Origin: Camelus ferus
Lineage: Eukaryota
Direction: 5' to 3'
Assembly (NCBI RefSeq): GCF_009834535.1
Contig: NC_045696.1
Coordinates: 81,904,001 to 81,968,000, forward strand
DNA length: 64,000 nt
The notes beneath the pieces were generated by a model. The model searched no databases. It saw only the letters and a program-made list of their open reading frames with translations, and was not told the DNA's origin. Of the stretch, positions 25,546-39,575 are shown one piece after another. The translations under genes were made by a program, and so were the position numbers. Position 1 is the first letter of the stretch; the number at the start of each line of letters is the position of its first letter.

Positions 25546-25740
25546 ACTAGTGCTGTACAGTAAAACTTTCTGCAGTGATGAATATGTTCTATATCTGTAT
25601 TGTCCAAGAGAGAACTCTTAGTTAAATGTTGAGCTCTTGAAATGTGGCTGGTGCAACCAGGAAACTGAATTTTTAAAAATATATCTAAATAGCCACTGTG
25701 TGTAACCAGTGGCTGCCATGTTGGACAGCACAGCTCTCTA
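25546..25740. mobile_element. hAT-Charlie MITE (MER3-like)
   Basis: Inverted termini gtgctgtac...ggacagcac; internal ttgaaatgtggct and tagccac motifs. Confidence 0.7.
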
Positions 25741-26647
25741 ATTATTGAAAAGAGATTTTCTTCTGTAACAAGATACAAATAGTAAAAGTTGGTTTGCAGT
25801 GTTAAGATGAGAATTAAAGAAAGTAGGGAATCAAAAGAGAGTAGGGCAGCAACACTAGTGAACAACTCTGAAGGATCTGACCCAGTGATTGTAAACTACA
25901 TCCCTACCTCCCACTCCAGGCAGTAACTTGGGAAAAGGATATTAAGATGGATAAAGGGTAATAAGAATTACCTGTAAAATAAACAAAAAGGAAGAAAGGA
26001 ACAAAGAAAGGAAAGAGGGAAGCAAAGAGAGGCAAAGTCACTTTGAAGAGAAAAAATTAGTTCTCTGGTCTAAAATTTAACTGATAGCATTAACAAATCT
26101 TTGAAATAAATGTATCCCTCAGAAGGCTATCTGGTCAGCAAGACTAGCAAAGCTGTCGCACTTGTGGCAATGAATGCACCAGCGTCAAGATACCCAGAAA
26201 GCAAATCTTGTATTGAACTCCCCTTATTCTGACCTTCTGATCTTACCCAGGAAGCAAACTTCTGACTGTAATTGCACTTGCCAAAGCACTGGCATGCGGA
26301 GAGTTCCTTGCAATGCAAATATTCCAGTTTCTTTCTAACTATAAACAAATGTGTGGCAGGTTGGTCATGTGCACCAAGTGCTGTGAGTTTGGTTAAAGTG
26401 AACCTGCTTACAGACTAGATCCAGCCCTGTTTGTTGACAAAATCAAGTATCTGAACCTTCAAGGCAAAGAGCCAGGTTCTACTTAACCCAGATAACATCA
26501 GCCTGACCCTTTTCTGGTAGACAGCCAAATGACCTCCCCGCATACTCCCTGACCTGTCCCAGGGGCTTGTCTTCAAAATACTAATTTCTAAAGTAGGATC
26601 AGGAGAAACTCTAGAGCTCCTCAATGGATTCTGGCACAGTAAGAGCT

Positions 26648-27041
26648 GGTGTACAGCATAACGTTTCAGTCATACGTATGCACGCGTATATTCATTTTCA
26701 TATACTTTTTCATTATAGGTTACTACAAGATAGTGCTATACAGAAGAAACTTGTTATATGTCTATTTTATATATAGTTGTTAGTATCCGTAAATCTCGAA
26801 CTCCCAATTTATCCCTTCCCACCCACTTTCCCCATTGGCAACCATAAGTTTGTTTTCTATGTTTGTGAGTCTGTTTCTGTTTTGTAAAAAGTTCATTTGT
26901 GCCTTTTTTTTTTTTTTTTTCAGATTCCACATATGAATGACATGGTATTTTTCTTTCTCTTTCTGGCTTAGTTCACTTAGAATGACCATCTCCAGGTCCA
27001 TCCATGTTGCTGCAAATGGCATTATTTTATTCTTTTTTATG
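26648..27041 (-). mobile_element. L1 3' fragment (ORF2 end plus 3' UTR), lineage-specific family
   Basis: MPFAATWMDLEMVILSE is the L1 ORF2 C-terminus; homologous to the copies at 9400 and 60840. Confidence 0.88.
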
Positions 27042-27099
27042 GGAAAAAAAACCTTTTAATTTTCATTTCCTCCCACCCAAAAAATCCCCATTAAGTCCT

Positions 27100-27290
27100 C
27101 AGAGCCATTTTTCTCCAAGTGCAGTTTATCAAGCACCTGTGCCAGAGTTACCTGAAGAACTTGTTAAACATATGGATTCTTGGGCCCCAGAACTACCAAC
27201 TTAGAATCTCAGGGGTTGGAGCATAGGACTCTGTACTTTGAGTAAACTCCCAGGGGCCTCTCTGCCCTCTCAGTTTGAGAAGCTCTACAC
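27100..27290. mobile_element. MER5-like hAT DNA transposon fragment
   Basis: ttgttaaacatatggattcttgggcccc...agaatctcagggg...agtttgagaagctct. Confidence 0.6.
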
Positions 27291-30200
27291 CAAGGGAAGT
27301 ATAAAGAAAATCACAGGGAAGATTTCTTCTCTCTGAAGTGTGACTAGGGACATCCCTCAGACCAGCCCTCGGGCAGGCAGGACAGAGTACAAATGCAGAC
27401 TTCCCTGAGAGAATGGCTGAGAACAGCCAGGCCTGGCTTTCCAAACTTCGTCAGCTGTTCCACCACCCTGAGAGCAGTTTGGGTTTCTTGGGTTTTTTTT
27501 AAGTCTTTTACAAAATTTGCAAAATTTTGTGAAAAACAGCACCTGGAATTTTATCTTTCTCTTTTTCTTGGATTGTGGCCTCTCTAGCAGCAGTCAAGCT
27601 GCCCTAATCTTTTCTTGAAGTAAAAAACATTCTAGAGATATGAATATTTCCCAAAACAACATCAAAATTCTTCCATAAACAGTTTCACAGAAAATCAAGA
27701 AAAAGAATAAGATTGTAAGGCTCAACCTCTTTTGTGAGCTGATTACAGAAATGAAACTTTTATGTCTTATAAGTTTACACACATGGAGAGAGGAAGTTAG
27801 TATTATATTCTTGGTGTTCAGTAAGTAAAATATTAAGAGATCAAGAGAAATATAATGGTAAAAATATGGCAGGATAGGTAGAAAAATTAAAAATTTGTAT
27901 ACCCTTTGAGTCAACAGTTACTCTTCTGAAAATTTATCCTAACAAAGTTAGTGGACAAATGCAGAAAGATGTATAACAAGGATTTGTATCAGTGTAGCTT
28001 ACAATACAGAAAGATTGGAAACCTCTAACATGAAACACATCAATCATAATGCATGCACCTCCTCTATCCTTCCATATCAGAATCCATCCTGCTCACAGTC
28101 CCTTGCTGTGTGGCTTCAGATTTTTCTAGCAAAGGGTGATCACTGAATGGATCAGGAGTGGGGATCTGAACCATAGGCTGGCCAACAACCTAGACTTAGC
28201 CTGACCCAAAAAGCCCCGCCCAGAGGCCTAATTAATTAGGCCAATTAGATATTTTCCTTTTACAATTCAACAGAAAAAATATAGAATTAGCCAATTAGAA
28301 TGGACATATACATTTTTCTTTATACATAAATTATAAACTTATATATTAAAACCTCAGGCAGTAAAATGGGTATTTGCAAATATGCCTAATATAAGTATAA
28401 AAGTTATTTTCCTGAGAAAAATATTAACAACCCTGTTGTTTTATCCATTAATATTTCAATCATTTACTAGTTAAATTAGTTACAGTAGTTACTATTATTA
28501 GTTACAGTTACAATATGGTTGACATATTCTTCTAACTGACAGCATGGGAAATAAGTGTTGATTATAAAGTCTTATAATCATAAAGTTAAATATCTTGGAT
28601 TTTAAAGCTCACTAGAATTGGCCTCTGTGGGCTCTGAATATTGGCTCTGTTACCAAAATCAGAGACTGGATTGCCAATGAATAGGTTTTCTTTATACAGG
28701 TAATACAGATTTTAAAGAAACCACATGGGCTCATTAAAAGTTAATACAAATGTGAAATTACTGCCCTAAAGTTCCATTAGCCACTTTGTTGATTTTTAAA
28801 ATAAATCAGATTGTGAAAAAAGCTCTATATAATATTTTCCTCATGTGCTTTAGTCTCTTTCTCCTGGATGGACAAGTGCCAGGCATTCGGTATGTTTTAC
28901 GCATTTGAAAATAGATAAATACTGAATTAGCATAATTTTAGGAAAATGAAGAACAACTTGCCAATAAATGTTACAGAATTATTTATTTGTAAACAATTCA
29001 TCCACAATGATGTAGCCTAGCCTCAGGCCCTCCATAAAGTATACACCACAGAGATCACAGTAGGACAAAATAAATAGGAAATGAGTCCAGTCTCCCACAG
29101 GCCTCTATGACCCCAGCAGTAGCCCCACATCTCCTCAGTGTGTGTCCTCAATGTGTGACATTCAGTGAGTCCTCTACCTAAACTGGGAGATCTTCTAGTA
29201 TCTCCTCTCCAGGTTTGCCTCTTGCTTCCAGAAAACAATGCCAACTCTAACACCTGCTCTGTTGATTGTTGACATATCAAAATATTAGAAATATGCATCT
29301 GCTGTTATCAGCTGTATCCAATTTCTACCCTTCAAGATGTAACCTCTCTGCCCTTTAATTCTTATCAAAACACACCAAACTCTACCTAGTGGAGTGAAAG
29401 GCCATCCACTCTTCTTAAGCTTGTTATGTTTTCTCCCCCTTAGATTTTTTTTTCCCTTGGATCAAATCAGCCAACCAAAATGTTCATACTTAAAACCAGG
29501 AGCGTTCCCCTCCTTAGTAGGATTTTGGTATTATGTTCTCCATTTGCATAATGAATTTTCTAAGAAAGAGCCACCTGTCATTTGTTGGTTGAGGATAATG
29601 TGGCTTTCTCTTTACGAGGACCCGTGAGAGAAATTTCTGTTGGGCTTTAACTGTTTCGCTTCTGTCTCACAAAATACTAAAAAGGTCATTATTAACCATG
29701 TTTCTACCCAGCTCTTTGGAAGGTCAGAAGCAAATCTGTAGGCTATATCCAGCTAGTTGTGTGTTGACTGTACACCTAGTTTGATTTTATCTCCCACCTT
29801 TACTTTCTCATTGCTCTCATTTCATCCATGACACAAGGAAGGAGGGCGGGTGAGAAAGAAGTTGGAGGTAAAACAAAGAGAAACTGGAAGTTCTGGCTAA
29901 CTTATGCCATTTGTTGATTCCTGTCACATACAAATGTCGGGCAACATCCACCTTACAACTACAATTCAAGGCATTTGTACCAAGAGAGTCTCGGAGCTAA
30001 AAGAGAAAAAAACCGAGTTCCTATGTCCATTCATCTTGTCCATATAATTTAATCAATGATTTGGTTAAAGAAGAGTTGTCCATTCCACTTACTTCAAGTC
30101 ACTTAGAGGTAGAGGATTATAAAGGGGACCTTTTACTGGAACCAGAGAGTCCTCAGACTCCTAGGAAGCCTGGTACCACCTTCTCTCCTTCATAACTTTG

Positions 30201-30947
30201 ACTTACACATGGCATCATTTCACTTGAGCTCTTTCATGTGCTTACATTTAAATTATCAAGAAGAAGACTTTCATGGGCTCAGAATGTCTTTCTAAGCCAG
30301 GCTGTGCTAGTCAGGCCACACCTGGGAGTGACAGTCCTGGGTCAGGTAACCTCCTCTTACCTAACCTGGAATAGGGGGTCGTGGGTGTTAAAACATGACT
30401 GCCTGCAAGAGCCTTTGGACAAGGCGGCTTCTTTGTAAGGAATGTAGACACGCAGGCCCTGGCAACATCTAGTATACCATGGTGGTATTAGCTAGGAGAA
30501 AGGCTCTCTCTCCCTTTAACACCTGCTGAAATTCGGGCCACCCTTCAAAGCTAGACTCAGTCCTCAGATCCTTTGTGAAGCTGTGCCTGCCCATCTCAGC
30601 CTTCTCTAATTTCACAGTCATATACATTTACCACATTATGCTTACAATGTAACTTTATGAGCTCTGATTTTTCACCTATATTGTAAAATCTGGCAGGTCA
30701 GGAACCTCATCTTACTCATGTCTGTATCCCCCACAGGGCTTGGTTTGGTTCCTTTACATGGTACTCTCAAGAAGCCTTTGTTCTTGACTGTGCAGAAGTT
30801 GATACAGTCAGCCTTCCTGCTAACCCATTAAATAAATTAAGATTTTCAGCAAGATCCTGAAATACATAAAAAATCCTGTTGTTTTTTTTTTAAGAGTCTC
30901 TACCACATTCTGATATTTTTCTAGTATTTAGGAAGAATCTCAGACTT

Positions 30948-31071
30948 TGTTGTTTTTTGAGGAGGGTGATAATTCTGTTTATTTATTTATTTTTAACAGA
31001 AGTACTGGGGATTGAACCCAGGACCTTGTGCATGCGAAGCACATGTTCTACCACTGAGCTATACCCTCCCC
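30948..31071 (-). mobile_element. Vic-1-like tRNA(Ala)-derived SINE (camelid-type)
   Basis: Minus strand GGGGAGGGTATAGCTCAGTGGTAGAAC...GGTTCAATCCCCAGTAC with A and B boxes, (TAAA)n and an A-rich tail; short flanking repeat cagactt. Confidence 0.85.
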
Positions 31072-31984
31072 TACAGACTTATTTTTAAATTGAATAAAAA
31101 TCAACTGATCACAGGGAGAAAAGGAGTAGGTTTTCTGCCCCTTAGGCCCTTAGTCCCCGTCCCTTTACTTTCTTTCAGTGCCCAGGAAAGTCTCTGGTGA
31201 CTGCAAAGTGAGATATGCCCTTTGCCTGTGTATGTAAGGATGCCCTTTGGAACCAGTGTGGCCACAGCCTGTCATTCCAACTGGGGCACTTCTGACTCTC
31301 CATCAGGGTGGATTTCCTGTCTGGCTGACACCCTTGGTGTACAGATGCTTATCATTAAATCAACACAGACAGGCTCCCCAAGGGACTGCCTTTTCCTGGT
31401 AGTGCATTTCCTACCAATCCTTGCTTTGTCAGTTTGATAAGCATAATAGTCTTTAATCCACTATGACTAGGTGCAGGATTTCTCTACTGATTGTCAAAGA
31501 GGTGGATGTGGCCAAAAGTTGTATTTCCAAAAAAAAAGTCTATATTCATTTCAAGCATAGTTTAGGTCTGTTGCAGGACTCATGAATTTAGCTGAAGGAT
31601 ATAGAGCCAAGACCTATGCTCTTTGGCCTCCTGTGTTGATTCATTCTCTCTCTCTCCCCACCTATTATTGAACTTGAATGCCTTCAGATAGCACCTGTGC
31701 TCCCTGATTTACCATGGCCCTGGCACTCTCTGCTGCTGGCCCTGGCACACACATTTTCACACTCAGCAACTACTACGACTCACGGTGGCGGGCTCCCCTA
31801 GACCTTCCTTGGCTCTGACTCCAAGGGCCCACGGAGGGCAGGCTCTGCGGCAAGCCAGAGGGGGCCTGGGCGCCTACACTAGCTTTCTGACTCTGTTGTA
31901 AAGGGAACCAACCCTATGGAATAACAGTTTGTGGGAGAAGGCAGGCAGGCAATAGGAGATTCTCTTTGCTTTGGTTGTGTATCT

Positions 31985-33960
31985 CTAAACAAGAAGTCCT
32001 TTTCAAACAATCACAATACCAGAGTTGTACCTTAAACAATTAACAGCAATCCCTTAATATCATCAAATATCTACTCAGTGTTCACAGGTCCCTGATTGTT
32101 TCATAAAGTTTTGTTTGCTTTGTTTTTATAGTTGGTATGTTTAAATCAAGAGCCACATACTATACTTGGGCATGTTTCTTGAGTCTCTGAATTATATAGG
32201 TGCTCCTTTTCCCCTTGCCATTTATTTGTGGAAGAAACTGTGCCATTTATCCTATAGAAATATCCTATATTCTGATTTTTGATGATTTTGTTAACTGCAT
32301 CCCTGTAACGTCAATTTAACATGTTCTTGCTCCCTCTGTTTTCTGTTACAGTGGGAGTAAAATCTAGCAGCTTAATCACATTGTCTTTAATTTGTTGGCA
32401 AGAATATCTTATTGGCAGTGTTGTGCACTTCCTGTTTATATCACGTGAGGCACATAATGTCTGTTGCCTCTCTTTTTTGTAGCATTAAGGTTGATCAGTG
32501 TTTCCAGATGCTGTCAGCCTGATCCATCTATTATAAAGTTCCCCGTCAGTTTTCAGCAAATGGTTTCAGCAACCACTGATGATCATTGCCTGGATCCATT
32601 ATTTCATTAGGGGTTACACTTATTTATTAATGAGGAATATTTTTTAAGAAGAAGAACTCTCTTGTATTTATTGGTCAACCTGAAGTGTGGTTTTGTTTTG
32701 TTTTTTCAGGAAAGGCAGGCTGTTTGAGTCTTTCCTTTTATTTATTTTATTTATTTATTTATTAGTTTTCAGAATAAGAAGCATCTTCCAAAGATGGCCA
32801 AGGAGTTTTCTTGATTTTAATTTTTTGTGTCCATAGGAACGCATCAGTTTTTAGCCTGTTTTATGTTTTGCTCAAAGTGTTTCACTTTTGGCCATACGAG
32901 CTGCTTGGTTCTGAGAGATGAGTGACCCATGATCATACAAACCTTTTCTTTCCCATATGACTAAGAGCTACTTTCCAGAACTTACAAAGTGGTTTGTTAT
33001 GAGTTATATAATGTGGTATTTATAGCCCCAAATTGGTGTGTTACTAGAGTTTCAGAGGACGTTACATGCTGCTGTGAAGTCCGACTGTCAGGCAGATGGT
33101 GGGAGGCAGCTCCAGTTGTGAGGAGGAACTTCTCAATGTGTTGTTGGTGTTGCACTGGTCGGGGTTTTCAGATTCTGCTATTCCTGTGGGGCTGCCATGA
33201 CTTTTACTCTACAGGACTGAAGTTGGGAAATGTCACATTCCTACCACCTGATAAGCGGCACTCTTGAAAAAAATAACATCTGCATCTTCCTGAACCCTCA
33301 TTAAAAGTGAGGTAAATGAATAAAGTAAGCACAAACCCACAAGAACACAAAAATTCAAGAAATGAGGGCGAAGGGAAATGTGAGACTGACGGTGAAAGGA
33401 AGCCCCACGATGACAAGCACGTTCCGGCCCAGATTAACGCAGGAGGATGAGGACGGTCGGAAAAATGACACACTTCCTAATGTCTGAACACAGTGAGAGC
33501 GCCTTACTGTGTGGAGAGAAAGTCCGAGGATGAATGAGTGATGGATAGGTAAATAGAAAACTAAGCCAAGTTTTTCTAAGGTACATATTAACTTTAGAAA
33601 AAACAAAAAGTTATTCAAGAAAGGAAATTATATTACCTGACTCTTGTGAATAATATTGTCATTGTTACACTAATGTAAATATACTTTATTAATAGCCAAA
33701 ATTATGAAATTGTGATATAATTGTATTGAGAGGAGAGAGGGGAGGTAGTGTGTGTGTGTGTGTGTAAAAGAGTTGAATTTTCATCCTCCATGGTAAGAAA
33801 TCCCTAGACAATGTATAAAACTCAAAAACTCCAGAAATGCCTTCTTTAGAATTACGGAGGGAAGAGTGAGAAAAAACAGCTAAAAAGGTTGAAGGTGGTT
33901 ATTCCTGGGAAGTGGGAATCTGGAGTGCGGAGGTGGGACAAGGGACTTTTATCTGACATT
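31985..33960. mobile_element. Ancient L1M (L1MC/ME-like) fragments, probably in both orientations
   Basis: cttaatatcatcaaatatct...cagtgttca and aaacagctaaaaaggttgaaggtggtt...ctggg resemble old L1 3' UTRs; boundaries uncertain. Confidence 0.45.
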
Positions 33961-34679
33961 TTAAATTATGGAACTATGCACATTTACTAATTATGACTTT
34001 TTTCATTAACAACTTGTCATATTTCTATGTACCTCTAATTCATATAATTCTGCAGCCAGGAAGTTAATTTCAGTCATTATTTGGGGTTCTCCCCACCCCG
34101 AAGGTCATCCAGGAGTCTGAGATGTTCCCCTGTATTCTAGGATACATGGGGCAGGTCCTCTGGTCTCCAGCACACATAGGTCCCAATGCCTCTCTCAAGT
34201 CCATAATCTCTTTGGATCTTGGGCCAAACTCCAGCAGAAGAGTCTTTCACTGCTGCCCTCAAATCTTAGCATCTCCCAACACTCCTCATCAGAGAGGCCT
34301 TGTTGCCTTGTGGGGCCCTACATGGAGTGGAACTCCACGCCTCTGCTCAGAGAACCTGAAAACATAAGCACCAGCTCCTTCTCCACTCCCCTCCTTCCCA
34401 GCACTTCCCTTTCCCTCCTCTCAGTGACCTTTTAGAAATCCAGGGTCTGCTTCTCTTTCCTGTAGGGGGGAAATGAGAAGAGAAGTTACTAAGCAACACC
34501 TAGGGCACCCCGTCTCACCTCCATTATCTTCCATTCAGACAATTAACATCTTCCCATTCTTCTGTAAAGGTCTACTCGGAGAGAGCTTCTGGCTAGATCT
34601 CATCGCCTCTCACTTGGCCCCTCCTCATTTGCCGCCCCGCCCCAAAAGAATTCTGCAGCTGCAACTGAGGGGAGCCTAC

Positions 34680-34724
34680 CGTTGGCATTTTTTTCTTACT
34701 CGTTGGCATTTTTTTCTTACTCGT
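34680..34724 (+). repeat. Perfect 21-bp tandem duplication
   Basis: cgttggcatttttttcttact twice, followed by cgt. Confidence 0.92.
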
Positions 34725-35124
34725 GTTGTTACATTTGTAATATTTTATTTTGGTTGTACTTGTGCAATCTGTGTATTGTTACAATTTTATCATAATTTTG
34801 TTTCTCTCTAATTTATAATCACCCAGTTCCCCTACTCCCCAAAGGAGTGTGACAAATGGGTCCTTTGCCTCATTAAGAGCCAGTTCTAAAGTAGCCATTT
34901 CCAAAGGGCCTGTGCACAACCTAGAGGCACACATGTGAGCATCAGGGTGTGGGAAGAAGATACCAGGACTTCTGTTCACTTGTTTGCTTTCTACTTTTGT
35001 ATGTCTCTAATGTATATAAAGCATAATTGCAAGTTAGAAATTCATATATTTGAAGGATGCATTCTCAAACTTTTTTTTTTCATTGATGAAGTGTGTAATC
35101 TAAGATATTTGAGAGCTATGTTCT

Positions 35125-35420
35125 AGGGCAACCCTGTCCAATAGAAGCATAGCGTGAACCACAAAGGTGAGCTGCATATGTAATTTTGTCTTCCATAGCC
35201 ACAATCTGAAGAAATAAAAAGAGGTAGAATTAATTTTAATGTATTTTATTTAACCCAGTATATCCAAAATATTCTCATTTCAACATTTAATAAATATTAA
35301 AAGTATTAATAAAGTATTCTACACTCTTCTTCTTTTACTAAGTCTTCAAAATCTGGCATGTAGTCTAGAGGGACAGCTCATCACTCCGACTAGCCACACT
35401 GCAAGTGGTCCCTAATACAC
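35125..35420. mobile_element. hAT-Charlie MITE (MER33-like)
   Basis: ctgtccaataga start; tattttatttaacccagtatatccaaaatatt; ctaagtcttcaaaatctgg; gactagccaca. Confidence 0.72.
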
Positions 35421-38400
35421 ATAGCTCACATCTGCAACTCAGGGGTCTTAGAGGGCATCTGATATGCGTCCTGACTCTGGAACTGCTCTACTGATGGTGG
35501 AGAAGACCTCCCGAGGTTAAGACAGGACCATACCTGCCTCATAGCTGCTGCACACCCCAGGAAGTAGGAGAAGAGAAGATATAGTTCACTGAGCACCTAC
35601 TCTGCACTTAACCACTTTTACATCTATTTCACTTCATTTTCCAGCATCTCTTTGAGATAGAAATTATTAAACCATGTAAAGACGAAGAAATACAGGCTTG
35701 GGTTACAGAACTAGTTAGAATCCCAGTCTTCTTATCCAAAGCCCTAAATGCAGATTCTTCTGAAGGACACTCTGTTCCTTCCTTTGAAAGCTACTGAAAT
35801 GTTTCCACTCACTATTGTGTAATGCTGTTACCTGTTGAGACCACTTTCATAGCACAGGTGAAGAAAGCCTAAAGTCAGACCCTGGGGCAGTCACAATGCC
35901 CTCCCCCTGAAAGAACGAAAAATACGGATTATATCCCAGGCCACTCTACTGCCTTCTTAGACTCTCCAGCTGTGTGCTGTCAGATTTCCCAGCATGATAC
36001 TTTCCTCGTTGGGACTCCTTTATGTGAAGTCAATCTGCAGTGGATTAATTAAATACTGTACTGATTTTCGATTCTCTGGGGTACTTCTAAAAGGATTGTA
36101 TTCTTGAAGCCCCTTTCCCTTCTCTAAGCTAGTAGAACATTCCCCTTTGTAAATGTGATACTTAGAACTTTATCACAGTCCCCCCACCCAGAATCACCCT
36201 CCTCCATGCTACCCCCCACCCTCATCACTTGGCATAAAGTAACTTCTTGCCTTTCCCCAAAGACTGTAATGGAAAGAAAGGGGGAGGGAGTCCTGCTGGT
36301 TTTCAGGTCATGTTGATTTAACACCATGATTTATGCATCCTGGCTGTCTTGCTTGTATTTTCATTTTTGCATCCTGCTAAATACCTTGCAGGAGTGTTGT
36401 TCCTCTTAATTAGCTAATGTTTGTAAGGCATGCTAAAGATGAAAGTGCTGTGTCAGTGCTAAATATGAACACTCGGGTATCCTCGAGCTGTCCTTTGCAC
36501 AGGGTTTTCCGGTGTAATGCAAATCATGAGAGATCTGCCTTTGAGAAAAGGCTTGGATATTCTTCCCTGAACTGTAGATTATTAAAGTATACATACTTGG
36601 AAATTAAGAGTGGCAATAAACACAGCACATTTTGCATTCACACGGTTTTCTGATCCTGATGTAACAGTGCTTTCCCCACTTAGTCAAAACGCTATGATGA
36701 TGCGGAGTGAGAACAGAACCTTCCCTGTGAATTGTGCTGCCTTGGTGGCAGACCCTTCACCTTCCTGATATGTAGCAAGTAATAAGTCATTTTTTTTTTT
36801 GTTCAGTGAGTGGGCGACTGAAACAATTTAAGCTGCATTTCCAACCGTTGTCTGAGTAGAAAAAAAGATTCATTTAAAATTACAGCATATTAAATTAAGT
36901 GTTGAGTAACGTTTCACTAAGAAAAAATTTTAAATACCAGTTTCATTTACTTTTGTTATATTCACTAAACTTGAGTTTATCAAATTTCTAAATGTGTAAA
37001 GAATCATGTTAAGCATTTTTATCAGGGTATTGGTTTCAATGGCTCGTCTTTGAACACAAACAAAATACGTTTTCTTTTAGAAGACTGAGTGGCTTACCAT
37101 TCTTGATTGGTTTCTAATCCTCAGCTTTTAAGCTAGGTATATATTTTAGAATGAGAAAACTGCTTGAAATGGAGCAGAGAAAGTTGCAGTCTTTTCTTTT
37201 AACAGCGAGGGTTTATGAAAACCATGAATATGTGGGGGTAACTTTCATTATTACTTAAAAAACAAAAAATAAAAATATAAACTCGCAGCCTAAAACACAC
37301 TTTATACTTCTTTCCAAATTCACAAAATGGCTGTTACCAGCAAGTAATTTACAGTAATAAGTGATAAACATGCAATGACATGTAATTATATGTAATATAA
37401 TGAATAAACTAAGAAATAAAAAATATGTTAATAAATGTTGTTTTGGCTGATCCAGACTTCATTCCAAGATGGTAGCAAATTATCCTTCATCTTTTAGTTA
37501 CTTTTCTATGTAAGAAAATCCTAGGTTTATTTTTATTAATCAAAATTCCTAATGGCTCCAACAGGATCTTCAGTCAATGTAAATTTACATAATTCATTTT
37601 CTACTCAACTTGTTTTTCTATAATTAGTGCAGCTGTCACCAGGGAGCCACATTCTGGTGGGCAGGTAGCTATGGGTACAGCAGGCAGGCTTCAGTCAAAC
37701 ATTGCCTTTTAAACCAGCCATCAGTCTTCTCCCTCATTTCAAATGACTTGGATTCTATAAAGAAGAATTTGTTTCCAACCTAGCAGACCTCCCTCTTCAA
37801 ATATGGACTGTTGGTCCATATTCTACAATTCCGTCTCCAGGTCCACTTAGCCAAAAGCTATAAATGAATCTCTGATGAATTTCTTGGTCAAGCCAACTTT
37901 AGGCTGCATACATAATATTTCTCTTTATAGTTTCCATATTTTTATCAAGACAGATCCTCATTTCCAAATGTAGTTATAATACTGTTAAAAACACAGCCAG
38001 ACCACATTATAAGTACAATGACAAAGCAAGCTTCAGAATGGTATAGTAAATGTTTACCTTTACCCCTTTCTAGTGCTTATAGTCTTTAAATGGCCTTACT
38101 CTTTAGAATTTTATATAATCTTTGTCAGTAGTGCTATATGTTCAGCCATTTCTATCATTGCTTCACTTGTAATATTCATTTTGAGGACTGAGTAGTCAAT
38201 GTTTTAAATCATTTAAATCTTCACTATAGAAAGAGTTTCCCTTAAAATAATAAATGGATAAGAAAGAAACTAGTATTAATAGTATTTAGTGAGTGCTTCG
38301 CCTGTGTTAGGTGCAGTGGTGTAAACAAAGAAGTACATACGAGCCACAATGCTTAGGACTTAACAAGATACTCATTAAATATAGACCAAGGGTTTCCAAC

Positions 38401-39249
38401 TTAGATGGGGAAGGAAGTGGTAGATCGCCTATGTAAAAAAAACTCCACCATGATTAAGCTGTTGACACAATAAATGACAAGTGAAGGATTCTTCCTGAGT
38501 GTAGTTGATGTCCCTATGTCCCTGAACTGCCTAGGCCACAGATGGTTTCTAGCTATGGAGCACCTCACGGACAGAAGAAGTCCCCTAACACAGTCTGGAG
38601 TTTGAGGGAGCAAAAAGCTGAGTGTCTTCAAGTGTGAAAGGGATAGCTTCAAGAAGGCCAACCCCACAGTCAGTCAGGGGGGTCACGCAGAGGTGAGAGA
38701 AACAAAAGAGGAACCCAAAGTGTCAAAGCCAGGGGGAAGCCATAAAAGGCAGTGGCAGAGGATGGGGCATCTGGACACGGGTTCAGAACCCTGGTGCCAT
38801 TGTTTACATTAGGGGGAACAGAAGGGGACTTCCAGGACATGTGAGCCCAAAGACAAGCTGTCCAGTGGGCCGCTGAACAAGGGACCAGGAAACTCAGTCG
38901 GTGGATCCCGGTAGCAAGGAGTGACCATGAGCCTGAGGCCACACTGACTGGAAGCAGGAGGCAGGAGGTGAGCAAAGGAAGGGGCTGAAGTCCAGCTGAT
39001 CCAAGGACTGAAGAGGGAAGTCAAAGCGGGACGCAGCCGATGCAGCCACCAGGGACCAAAAGGGGCTGTGCCAGTGCTGGTGACCCCCTGAGTAACAGTT
39101 CACGACTCCCTACTTGATCCTTCTCCATCTGAAACCTATGCCGATGCCTGTCCAAGAGTCAGTTCAGGGCTACTCATCTGATGCAACTCAGCCTGAAAGA
39201 AACCCCGCCTCAGCGTGGTGGAGGCGGCTGGCAGCCCATGTAGATCTAC

Positions 39250-39575
39250 TCCCCGCACCTTCCTGGTGCTTTAGGAAAGGCCATCGGACTGAGTTCTGGC
39301 CAAAGCAACAGGAGCCTATGTGAGACAAGTCACCTGCAGGCCTGGGCCCTAATGACCCCTCCAAATGTGCCCTTCAGCTTTTCCCCTTCCTATGGTTTGA
39401 AGATGGCAGGGCCCCCATTAGCCTGGTGCCTTGAATATCAATGGGAAACAGAGCCCCATCCTCCCAGCTCCAGACCCAGAGCATCTGTCCTGAACTATTA
39501 GGATAGGAAGAAATAAACTTCCATTTCCATATGGGTCTGCCTGTTAGAGCAGCGTAGCTTACCCTAAGTAATACT
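39250..39575 (+). mobile_element. Probable old MaLR/ERVL LTR fragment
   Basis: ttggccaa-like motif, gaaataaactt, terminal gttagagcagcgtagcttaccctaagtaatac. Confidence 0.45.

Noticed and set aside
27510..27530. 9-bp hairpin acaaaattt-gca-aaattttgt
   Set aside because: Short and AT-rich; expected by chance or from a transposon relic.
30995..31071. tRNA-Ala-like sequence
   Set aside because: Has an A-rich tail, disrupted stems and a second degenerate copy at about 22.7 kb, so it is a SINE rather than a tRNA gene.
36690..36775. C/D-box snoRNA-like ATGATGA...CTGA
   Set aside because: No terminal stem adjacent to the boxes and no host intron; a similar motif near 54323 is antisense to PRKCI.
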